Source of the DNA: a virus
Virus record (IMG/VR): IMGVR_UViG_3300033146_001182
Span: 24,776-88,775 of that record
DNA: 64,000 bases
Reading direction: 5' to 3' (one strand)
Shown: positions 56,084-64,000 of the stretch, in pieces
How the letters are laid out: every line of letters begins with the position of its first letter
Position numbering within the stretch: the first letter of the stretch is position 1
Program-made: the position numbers and the translations under genes
The notes under the pieces: model-generated
Seen by the model: only the letters and a program-made list of their open reading frames with translations
What the model was told of the DNA's origin: nothing
Databases searched by the model: none

Positions 56084-56997
56084 CTTATCTCACAATTATT
56101 CTTTTTTGTTAAATCTAATATTGTATGTTCACATAAAGAACAACACTTATATTTCAATTGTAGTATATCTTTATAGTTGCCATCCCATTTACCACCAACA
56201 TCTTCAAGATATAAATAACAAGGATATACTTCACCAAATTGATTTATATGAACCAATTTATCATTTATAGACATACAATCAATTTTAACATTCTTTTTTG
56301 TTTTATACTTATATTCAGCCAATTTTAATATTTCATTATACTTTTTATTATCATAAGGCTTTAACATATCAATTCTGGATTTATCTCTATATGTATCTTT
56401 ATCACGAGTATAATAAGTTTTTGTTAGATTTATATTACTAAACTCACTCATTATACCATTCATCTCATCAGAATGTAAATCATCATAATTATAATCAAAC
56501 ATTATATGTTGAAAATAATCATTCTTTTTTCCTGATCTACGAAATGCTCTTGCATTATTCAATATATTCTGTAAATTAGTGCCCTTACGATATGTCTCAT
56601 GTAATTCTTGTGTTGAACCACATATAGTAAAATATACCATATCTTGTTCTGTAAGTATCTCACCTAAATTGTACCACCATTCTTCATTATGAGTATCACC
56701 ATTAGTACAAATCTCTATTATTATATTACTATCAACAAAATATCTGCATAAATTAAAAAAATCATAATATAATGTTGGTTCTGAAACTGTACCAACCAAT
56801 CTGATATATTTCAATTTAGGATATATTTTCAATTGGTCAACAATCTCATTAACTGATCTTTGATGTTTCTTAATAAGATGTTCATTTTTTACATAATTAT
56901 TCGCACATAATGGACAACTTGCATTGCAATATCCTGTTAAATCCAATTCAACATCTATAACTTCTTCATTAACTAAATTAAAATTAGAATCTAACAT
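56080..56997 (-). CDS. Radical SAM protein with C-terminal SPASM/twitch-like domain (paralog 1)
   Basis: CNASCPLC; SEPT; C...GEVYPC...C..C. Confidence 0.9.
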   Translation of the reverse strand: MLDSNFNLVNEEVIDVELDLTGYCNASCPLCANNYVKNEHLIKKHQRSVNEIVDQLKIYPKLKYIRLVGTVSEPTLYYDFFNLCRYFVDSNIIIEICTNGDTHNEEWWYNLGEILTEQDMVYFTICGSTQELHETYRKGTNLQNILNNARAFRRSGKKNDYFQHIMFDYNYDDLHSDEMNGIMSEFSNINLTKTYYTRDKDTYRDKSRIDMLKPYDNKKYNEILKLAEYKYKTKKNVKIDCMSINDKLVHINQFGEVYPCYLYLEDVGGKWDGNYKDILQLKYKCCSLCEHTILDLTKKNNCEIR

Positions 56998-58445
56998 ACA
57001 AAATCCAACCCTAAAGCATCAATTATTCTTTGTGTTTTAATTTCACATAAAAAACAATCTGGATATTCAAAATTAAATACTTTGGTATAATCAAATGTAT
57101 CATTAAATGCCATATTCTTATGTTCCATTGATGTATAACAAGGGTAAGTTTGTCCTGATGCACTTATAAATATTTTTTTATCATTAAAAAACTTACAATT
57201 AATTTTATATTTATTACCATCATGTGGTGTTACTGCTCGATCAAATATCATATTAATTGTATCATCTCGTTTTTTAACAGGTTTTATATCAGTAGAAATA
57301 ACTTTATCATTTAACCTTCTCCTACCTTCTGTTTGAACATAATAACTATTTGTAAACTTATTCATTATATTTTTTGTGTCAATAGAATTGGAATCATTTT
57401 CATTATAATTAAATACTATATATTGACACTTATCTATTGGGTTAACTTCACGAAGTGATTTTGCATGACTTAATATTCTATCTAATTTACTATTAACTCT
57501 GTATTTTTCATGTAATTCTTGTGTTGAACCACATATAGTAAAATGAACAACATCATAAGACTTCAATAGTATACCAAGTTGTTTCCACCATTCATTAGTA
57601 TGAAGATCACCATTTGTATATAATTCTATTCTTATATCTCTACTATTAAGATACTCAATGAAACCTAAAAAATCATTGTATAAAGTTGGTTCTGATATCG
57701 CTCCTGCCAACATACATAAATTAAAATTAGGAAACAAATCTAATTGTGAAATTATCTCAGATAAATCTCTACCTTTGTTATATTTACTATCAATTGAATG
57801 TTGTGCATGTAAATAATTTCTAGTACATAATGGACAATTAAGATTACAGGAAGTAGTTAAATCAATTTCAAACTCTTCATAAAAATCATGTTGTACTATC
57901 ATGTCATTCGTTCCAATCCATTAAAATTTTTCAATAGATTATGTGACATTCTCTCACATTCATAACAAAAATCATATTTGTATTTCAATATATCTGTATA
58001 ATCTAAATCCCATTTTTCATCAATATACATTCTATATAAAAAACATGGGGCAATATCTCCATTATTATCAATTGAAATAAAATGTTCTTCGTAAGATTTA
58101 CAATCAATGATTTTATTATTTCTATGTATTTTAGATATTTTTTGAATTTTATTATATAACTCTTTTAGTTCATATCTTTGACTAATTTCCTCATCAACAT
58201 CCATTACATCAAATCTTTCTCTATACGGCAAACTTTCTATATTACATTCATATGAAAACAATGATCTTATATAATCCATATTCTTAAAATCATCTTTATT
58301 ATACTCAAACATTATATGTTGTAGATAATCATTATTATATTTTGAGCCTTTCTTGAAGGATTGGTGGTGTTCTAATACTCTATCTAATTTACTATTAACT
58401 CTATATTTTTCATGTAATTCTTGTGTTGAACCACATATAGTAAAA
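56597..58445. repeat. 36 bp exact repeat in three radical SAM paralogs (56597-56632, 57508-57543, 58410-58445)
   Basis: TCATGTAATTCTTGTGTTGAACCACATATAGTAAAA three times, encoding FTICGSTQELHE. Confidence 0.9.
56991..57902 (-). CDS. Radical SAM protein (paralog 2)
   Basis: CNLNCPLC; SEPT; C...GQTYPC...CFLCE. Confidence 0.9.
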   Translation of the reverse strand: MIVQHDFYEEFEIDLTTSCNLNCPLCTRNYLHAQHSIDSKYNKGRDLSEIISQLDLFPNFNLCMLAGAISEPTLYNDFLGFIEYLNSRDIRIELYTNGDLHTNEWWKQLGILLKSYDVVHFTICGSTQELHEKYRVNSKLDRILSHAKSLREVNPIDKCQYIVFNYNENDSNSIDTKNIMNKFTNSYYVQTEGRRRLNDKVISTDIKPVKKRDDTINMIFDRAVTPHDGNKYKINCKFFNDKKIFISASGQTYPCYTSMEHKNMAFNDTFDYTKVFNFEYPDCFLCEIKTQRIIDALGLDFVC

Positions 58446-58795
58446 AACACTTTTGTTATTGAAGATGACATTTTACCTAATTCATACCAATAATTACTAT
58501 CATGTGTATCAGCATTTGTATACAATTCAATTTCAATATTTCTATTATTAAGATATGCAATCAATACAAATAAATCTTCATATAATGTGGGTTCTGATAA
58601 TATACCTGCCAAACAACAATTCTTTATATTTGGATATTCTTCTAATTGAGATATAATATCTTTTACTGGTCTTGTATTTCCATCAATTAATCTTTGAGTT
58701 TCTACTTGATTTCTGGCACAAAGTGGACAAGAAAGATTACAATTTGTTGTCAATTCCAATTCTATCTCATTAACCCATTCTTTATTCTTTTTCAT
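57899..58795 (-). CDS. Radical SAM protein (paralog 3)
   Basis: CNLSCPLC; SEPT; C...GDIAPC...CYECE. Confidence 0.9.
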   Translation of the reverse strand: MKKNKEWVNEIELELTTNCNLSCPLCARNQVETQRLIDGNTRPVKDIISQLEEYPNIKNCCLAGILSEPTLYEDLFVLIAYLNNRNIEIELYTNADTHDSNYWYELGKMSSSITKVFFTICGSTQELHEKYRVNSKLDRVLEHHQSFKKGSKYNNDYLQHIMFEYNKDDFKNMDYIRSLFSYECNIESLPYRERFDVMDVDEEISQRYELKELYNKIQKISKIHRNNKIIDCKSYEEHFISIDNNGDIAPCFLYRMYIDEKWDLDYTDILKYKYDFCYECERMSHNLLKNFNGLERMT

Positions 58796-58802
58796 TTATA
58801 CC

Positions 58803-59411
58803 TCAAATAAACTTAATTTTATTCCAATCTTTATCAACTAATAATCTATATTTTGATTCTTTAGTTAAATATCTACCATACTCTTTTAATAACAATCTTT
58901 TATTATTTTTATTTAATGTTGGTATATTATCATAATTACCGATTGATGATGGTATAATATTCCATTTCATATAAGGATATTTTTTGACTATATCATCAAA
59001 TCTTTCAATATTATCATCTGTTAATACCAGTGAATGATAGACATTATCATAATCATAGAATACTATATCGCCATATAAATCTTCACTACAATGATACAAA
59101 ACATAATCAAAATATCTCAATAATTCTGGATACTTAACTATGAATAACCCATTAGTATTAAGATTTAGATTACATTCCTTATTTACCAACCTATCAATTA
59201 TATCACATATGGTATCTTTTGACAACAATCCAACTTCCCCACCTGATAATGTTACATTATACTTATCAGGAATCAATGATATCTTGTTTAATACATCTTC
59301 TTTGGTCAACTCAGCCTTATTATGGGTCTGTTCACTACAATAAGGACAATTCCAATTACATTCATGTGTTACCATCAATTCGATCTCATTTGGAATATTA
59401 AGTATCGGCAT
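58803..59411 (-). CDS. Short radical SAM protein
   Basis: CNWNCPYC, SGGE, NTNG. Confidence 0.88.
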   Translation of the reverse strand: MPILNIPNEIELMVTHECNWNCPYCSEQTHNKAELTKEDVLNKISLIPDKYNVTLSGGEVGLLSKDTICDIIDRLVNKECNLNLNTNGLFIVKYPELLRYFDYVLYHCSEDLYGDIVFYDYDNVYHSLVLTDDNIERFDDIVKKYPYMKWNIIPSSIGNYDNIPTLNKNNKRLLLKEYGRYLTKESKYRLLVDKDWNKIKFI

Positions 59412-60411
59412 AAAAATCCATCCTATAATACATTGGATTCTTTATCTTTTCACCTTCAATTGGTTCAACTTCCATATCATATTCAATCCCATCACATATA
59501 TAAAAATACTTACATTTTAGACATTCTTTCTTCTTATAATATAAATATAATCTATTCTTTTTTGCAGTCTCATACATTACTTTATGTTTATTTTCTTTAT
59601 ATACTTCTGGTTCTATATTATATTCATATAAAGTCATGTTCCAATCATAAATGTCATATATATGTTGATAATAATCACATACATGATCTTCATATAACAC
59701 CATAAAACAATATGGAATATATCTAACATTTATATATTGTATATCTAATATGTCAATAGTATTTTTTATATGTTCAGATATTAACTTATAATCAATTTTA
59801 TTAAACTCTTTATTATCATCCCAATAATTCAAAGGTATGAAATTAACTTCTAATGGACTTATTTGTTCTAATAATTTTACATATTTACTATCAAGATACA
59901 TATAATTATCATTATTTACAGTACAATTAACTCTAATAATCAATCCAAGTTCTTTTGCATTATCAATAGCTTTCATTATTCTTTCGTATGCACCATCAAA
60001 TCCAACCAATTTATCATGTGATTCTTTATTATAACCATGAAGACTAAATAATATCTCCTTCAGTCCATACCGTACAGATTTTTCCATAAATTGTTTATCT
60101 GAAAACTTATACCCATTTGATAATGTACTAATATGAAATCCATTACAATAATCTAATATATCAAACCAATTTGGATGTATAGAAGATTCCCCGCCACTTA
60201 AATCTATTTCACTAATACCACATTTACGAAGATAATCAATCCTATTTTTTATATCTTCCAATGAATCAATTTTATCTAGGTTATTCTTATAATAACAAAA
60301 CCCACATCTATAATTACAGTATGATCCTGTATCTAATCTCGCACGATTACATAACTTTGAATTATAATCAATATCAAGATTTACTGATAAATTATTAAAC
60401 TTTGTTCTCAT
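59398..60411 (-). CDS. Radical SAM protein, HxsC-like architecture
   Basis: CNYRCGFC, SGGE, FSLHG, RYIPYC, CLKCKYFYICDG. Confidence 0.88.
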   Translation of the reverse strand: MRTKFNNLSVNLDIDYNSKLCNRARLDTGSYCNYRCGFCYYKNNLDKIDSLEDIKNRIDYLRKCGISEIDLSGGESSIHPNWFDILDYCNGFHISTLSNGYKFSDKQFMEKSVRYGLKEILFSLHGYNKESHDKLVGFDGAYERIMKAIDNAKELGLIIRVNCTVNNDNYMYLDSKYVKLLEQISPLEVNFIPLNYWDDNKEFNKIDYKLISEHIKNTIDILDIQYINVRYIPYCFMVLYEDHVCDYYQHIYDIYDWNMTLYEYNIEPEVYKENKHKVMYETAKKNRLYLYYKKKECLKCKYFYICDGIEYDMEVEPIEGEKIKNPMYYRMDFYADT

Positions 60412-61327
60412 AACCTACTCTCACCTTTTCCACCCATATTTCACATATACATTCTTTGAAAATACAAGGATAAGGTCCGTTCTTTATATATTCAGAAAAT
60501 GTTTCTCTGTCATACACATTACATCTTGGCTTCTTTGTATATCTATCTGTTATACATCGGTAAACATCACCATTTGGTTCAACATATATCTGCCTCATAC
60601 CTGCATAACAATAAAAAAATCTAAAATTATCATCTTTTAACATCTTCAAATCTAATGTGTTATAATAATGTCTTATTTCACCATTTTTATATTTGACATA
60701 TATACTTTCAGTATCTTTATTTTTGTTATCTATTATATCAAGAATACTATCATACTTGTCATTATACACCATATCAACATAAGTATATACAACTTTGTCA
60801 GAAATTGATAATTTGTTAATATATTTAATAATATCAATAATTTCCAATTCATTCATTGGTTCTAATATAAAATCAACAGCATGTAACAATCCATTATCAT
60901 TCAACCATATAACTTTATCACGATATTCCTCAAATGATTTGTTCTGATGGTGTTGATAACTACAAGTAAATGTAACATTATTTGACATATCTTTAAATTT
61001 TTTGAACCAATCCAATGGCTTTGAAGTGTTTGTTTGAATATTAAATGATACATTATTATATGTGATTGTTAAATATTTAATAATATCATAAAAATTTGGA
61101 ATTATTGTTGATTCTCCACCATCAATAAAAAATATTATATCTTTGTTGTTTACTGATAAAATTATATTTTCAAATAAAGATAACATCTCATTATAACTCG
61201 GATATGATACATTTTTATGCCAATCACAATAATCACATGAAAAATTACATTTATAAGACAAAGAAACAATTACATTAAATATATTCTTTGGTCGATCACT
61301 ATATACATGAATTATATTCTTATCCAA
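60395..61327 (-). CDS. Radical SAM protein with twitch/SPASM domain
   Basis: CNFSCDYC, GGE, CYAG...GDVYRC...CIFKECIC. Confidence 0.88.
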   Translation of the reverse strand: MDKNIIHVYSDRPKNIFNVIVSLSYKCNFSCDYCDWHKNVSYPSYNEMLSLFENIILSVNNKDIIFFIDGGESTIIPNFYDIIKYLTITYNNVSFNIQTNTSKPLDWFKKFKDMSNNVTFTCSYQHHQNKSFEEYRDKVIWLNDNGLLHAVDFILEPMNELEIIDIIKYINKLSISDKVVYTYVDMVYNDKYDSILDIIDNKNKDTESIYVKYKNGEIRHYYNTLDLKMLKDDNFRFFYCYAGMRQIYVEPNGDVYRCITDRYTKKPRCNVYDRETFSEYIKNGPYPCIFKECICEIWVEKVRVGYENKV

Positions 61328-62195
61328 TCTTATCCCCTATTATATCAATTATATCATCATCTTTTGTTAAAAATAAACTTTGGAAATCATTATCAATATC
61401 ATATCTACGCCAATATAAACCTATATCATCATAATCAATATTGTAATATATAACATTTTTATTGTAATATTTACACTCAACTATAAATCTAGGAGAACAA
61501 TCAAATTTAATACTAACTGGCGTGTATATATAAGTATCAAATAGCTCAAATAAATTATCAACAGGTGGATATTTATATATAACATCTTCTGTATCTATCA
61601 TTGGAATATCAGTTATACATATTATTTTACCATCAACATAATTAACTATTTCATCTATATTTTTTATCTCTCTACAATTTTTTGTTCCATATAATAAAAT
61701 ATTATTTTCTGTTGTCTCTATTGATTTTAATCTATCTAAATATATTTTCTTCTTATAATTTATTGTATTTTTTCCTTCTTTATATATTCTATAATCATGT
61801 AATATATAATGATTGTCTCTACTACTATAAGCATTATCTAATGGACATGAAAACATAAATATATTTTTTGCACGCACAACTAAATTAACAGAATCATAAT
61901 ATCCGTCAACTATTAATACATTTGAACATATAATTATATTTGGATTTTTATGGAAGATTGTATTGGATAATAATATTTCCAATTCTTCTTCGGTGATATT
62001 ATATTTACTATTAATAATATCAGATAATGTATGTCTTTGAATATTATCTGATATAATAAGACAAATATTATAATATTCTTTTAATAACAAATAATAATCA
62101 ATTATTTCATAGATGTGACCACTTATACCGTGATTTACAGGACAGGACATTATACATAATTGATACTTTTCATCAATTCTCAATACACCAGACAT
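61320..62195 (-). CDS. Glycosyltransferase-like (GT-B fragment) protein
   Basis: GISGH; YIYTP...DCSPRFIVECKYYNKNVI resembles the GT-B C-terminal motif. Confidence 0.4.
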   Translation of the reverse strand: MSGVLRIDEKYQLCIMSCPVNHGISGHIYEIIDYYLLLKEYYNICLIISDNIQRHTLSDIINSKYNITEEELEILLSNTIFHKNPNIIICSNVLIVDGYYDSVNLVVRAKNIFMFSCPLDNAYSSRDNHYILHDYRIYKEGKNTINYKKKIYLDRLKSIETTENNILLYGTKNCREIKNIDEIVNYVDGKIICITDIPMIDTEDVIYKYPPVDNLFELFDTYIYTPVSIKFDCSPRFIVECKYYNKNVIYYNIDYDDIGLYWRRYDIDNDFQSLFLTKDDDIIDIIGDKIG

Positions 62196-62209
62196 ATTTA
62201 CCTTTTGAT

Positions 62210-62281
62210 TGGTAGTGGTAGATGGAATCGAACCATCCCAATGACCTTATGAAAGTCTTTGTCATAACCATATATACCACC
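62210..62281 (-). tRNA. tRNA with CAT anticodon (Met/Ile2), D-arm defective
   Basis: GGTGGTA/TACCACT acceptor, ACCA end, T arm GATGGTTCGATTCCATC, loop TTCATAA; 5' strand of D stem absent. Confidence 0.65.
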
Positions 62282-62285
62282 ATAA

Positions 62286-62373
62286 TGGAGGAGAACAGGG
62301 TAATCGAAACCCATACTCTGTTGAGTACAATCTGCTTAGCAGGCAGTTCCAGAACCTTTCTGGTTTATTCTCC
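62286..62373 (-). tRNA. tRNA-Ser(GCT)
   Basis: GGAGAAT acceptor, CTGC-CTGCTAA-GCAG, long variable arm, CCA end. Confidence 0.88.
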
Positions 62374-62378
62374 ATTAA

Positions 62379-62398
62379 AGGGTAGGTTTCCCTACCCT
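62379..62398 (-). terminator. Hairpin after PEP-CTERM gene
   Basis: AGGGTAGG-GAAA-CCTACCCT followed by short T run. Confidence 0.65.
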
Positions 62399-62403
62399 CA
62401 TTT

Positions 62404-63099
62404 TTACTTCTTAAACTTTCTAACTACACCCAAACCAACTAGTCCTATTCCCATTAAGACCAATGATGCTGGTTCTGGTACTGGAGCAGGTGCTGAACCA
62501 ACCAATTGTGACTGACGAAAATCTTTCAATCCAGTATCACAAACTGATTGACCAACAATGTTCATTACAGCTACATCATAAAAATCATAAGTAGCAAATA
62601 CTCCTGATGTTTTGGCATTTAATGAAGACAAATACAATTGATTTGCATTACCATATACAGAATTAATCTCACCTTCTAAGAACCAAAAAGCATTTTGAAG
62701 TGAATGAATACCGTAATTATTATGTAGATATGATGAACTTAGACTTCCAATATCATTTCCTCTCAAAAACTCAGACATCAACCAACGAGTAGAATCAGAA
62801 ATTGGATCTCCATTTGGACCCCCACCAGAAACACCACCATTATAAGCAGCATTACTAACATCAGCAACAAAAACTTCTTCATTAAGGTAAATATTTTCAT
62901 TAAGTTCCAAACAGAAAGTTGAAAATACTGTTCCTTGTGTGTCATTTACCCAAGTATAATTTCCTTGATTAGTCAAACCATAAGAAACACCTGTGAAATG
63001 TACGGTATCACCTTGGGAAACAGGTAATGCGTAAACAGAACCTACAGACAATACCATCAATACTACAATTGTTACCATTAAACTCAATACATTTTTCAT
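62404..63099 (-). CDS. PEP-CTERM (exosortase-sorted) surface protein
   Basis: Signal peptide ending VYA; TFCLELNE; C-terminal VPEPASLVLMGIGLVGLGVVRKFKK. Confidence 0.92.
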   Translation of the reverse strand: MKNVLSLMVTIVVLMVLSVGSVYALPVSQGDTVHFTGVSYGLTNQGNYTWVNDTQGTVFSTFCLELNENIYLNEEVFVADVSNAAYNGGVSGGGPNGDPISDSTRWLMSEFLRGNDIGSLSSSYLHNNYGIHSLQNAFWFLEGEINSVYGNANQLYLSSLNAKTSGVFATYDFYDVAVMNIVGQSVCDTGLKDFRQSQLVGSAPAPVPEPASLVLMGIGLVGLGVVRKFKK

Positions 63100-63146
63100 T
63101 TTTTTCTCCCTTTTAAGTATTATTTTTATACTTCTCATTTAAGGGA

Positions 63147-63410
63147 TTAATATGTTCGGAGGCTCATATAAACTATTGTCATAACAATTCCAATAACAAA
63201 CAAAACCGCCCCTTGATCTCGTCTTTCACTACTAGTAAAACCATATATACCATAAATAATACCAATCAATGGAACAATTACGGTTAATATAGTGAAAACA
63301 ACCATTGCAGTTGTTGACCATTTGGGTGCATCACGTTTAACTTTACTCCCACAACCCAAACAAATTACAGCAGCATCAGACACTTCTTTGCCACAATTAC
63401 TACAAAACAT
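63147..63410 (-). CDS. Zinc-ribbon membrane protein
   Basis: MFCSNCG...CLGCG plus TM helices. Confidence 0.8.
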   Translation of the reverse strand: MFCSNCGKEVSDAAVICLGCGSKVKRDAPKWSTTAMVVFTILTVIVPLIGIIYGIYGFTSSERRDQGAVLFVIGIVMTIVYMSLRTY

Positions 63411-63589
63411 ATTTTAATCCTTTTACATATATATTTATATTTATGTGCCCTATGCCAATGTTTTTCTTATTTGTTAAGAGTGGAACAATGACTACTTAAA
63501 TTATATAAGTTTAATGACGGCACATGTTTCAATAATTATAAACCAACTCTATGTGTAACCTATACCTCAGCATAGGCTTTTACAACTGA

Positions 63590-63727
63590 TTAACGACCTT
63601 GACCACGATAGGCTTTTTTGCCATTCTTACGATGTCGTTTCTTATTATATTTAGAATTTTTACTTTTACCAATTGATGTAATCATTTTTCGTTCTTTACT
63701 GATTTCATTTCCAGTTTTCTTAGCCAT
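63590..63727 (-). CDS. Small basic protein ending KKAYRGQGR (45 aa, not in ORF track)
   Basis: MAKKTGNEISKERKMITSIGKSKNSKYNKKRHRKNGKKAYRGQGR; AAGGA RBS. Confidence 0.8.
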   Translation of the reverse strand: MAKKTGNEISKERKMITSIGKSKNSKYNKKRHRKNGKKAYRGQGR

Positions 63728-63773
63728 TATAATTCCTTTCTAGTTAAATGTCAATATTGACTTGTGATTTTTT

Positions 63774-63850
63774 TGGTAGGACGAGAGGGATTCGAACCCT
63801 CACTGTCAAGATTTTAAGTCTTGTGCCTCTGCCAATTGCGCTACCGTCCC
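63774..63850 (-). tRNA. tRNA-Leu(TAA), short variable loop
   Basis: GGGACGG acceptor, CAAGA-CTTAAAA-TCTTG, GAGGGTTCGAATCCCTC, ACCA; TTTACA-17-TATTAT promoter at 63898-63870. Confidence 0.9.
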
Positions 63851-63915
63851 ACATCATTTTATTTTCTGAATAATAACACAATATTTATTATATGTAAACA
63901 TTGTATTATGAAAAT

Positions 63916-63991
63916 TGGTCCTCCTGGGGGGAGTTGAACCCGACCGTAGAGCGATTATAAGTCGCCTATTCTACCATTGAATTACAGGAGG
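63916..63991 (-). tRNA. tRNA-Ile(TAT)
   Basis: CCTCCTG/CAGGAGG acceptor, GGCGA-CTTATAA-TCGCT, ACCA; imperfect T stem. Confidence 0.8.
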
Positions 63992-64000
63992 ATATTTATT

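Noticed and set aside
62240-62262. Possible TCA (selenocysteine/opal suppressor) anticodon in TTTCATA
   Set aside because: Stem pairing (GACT/GGTC) centres the 7-nt loop on CAT; no long Sec acceptor or variable arm
728-62515. Plus-strand ORFs in the track (e.g. 728-1045, 24027-24620, 35422-35919, 62222-62515) and nested minus-strand alternative frames
   Set aside because: They are antisense or out-of-frame shadows of well-supported genes or tRNAs, with no motifs or RBS
1-64000. Alternative genetic code (stop-codon recoding)
   Set aside because: Core genes are full length under code 11, all three stop codons end genes, and coding density is high
1-64000. CRISPR array, IS elements, introns or inteins
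   Set aside because: No regularly spaced repeat-spacer units or transposases seen; helicase, primase and RNR have normal lengths without intein motifs

Overview
Low-GC, gene-dense 64 kb segment of a large T4-like (myovirus-type) bacteriophage. Almost all genes are on the minus strand; only a small gene plus uvsY-uvsW are on plus. It holds the replication core (gp43 N-terminus, gp41, gp45/44/62, gp61, gp32, RNase H, UvsW/UvsY, resolvase, class II RNR, dUTPase), lysis genes, four tRNAs and many proteins with T4 internal-protein-like N-terminal leaders. A triheme cytochrome c7, NifU, FmdB zinc ribbons, a DUF5320-like peptide and a PEP-CTERM protein point to an anaerobic Desulfuromonadales/Geobacter-like host (inference). 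Best candidate for an undescribed system: a complete phage-encoded ubiquitin-like conjugation cassette (Ubl, E2-like, E1/ThiF, JAB; 17310-20539). Every gene in it has its own consensus sigma70 promoter, and three transcripts are predicted to begin with the identical leader ATCTGATAAC. Other highlights: an 11 kb island with six radical SAM enzymes, an amidinotransferase, an aminotransferase and glycosyltransferases; a circularly permuted tRNA-like (YrlA/Y RNA-like) ncRNA; a second ORF-free transcription unit; a kissing-loop 5' UTR; and a standalone PgpH-like HD phosphodiesterase. All family assignments are by eye from motifs; no database searches were run.
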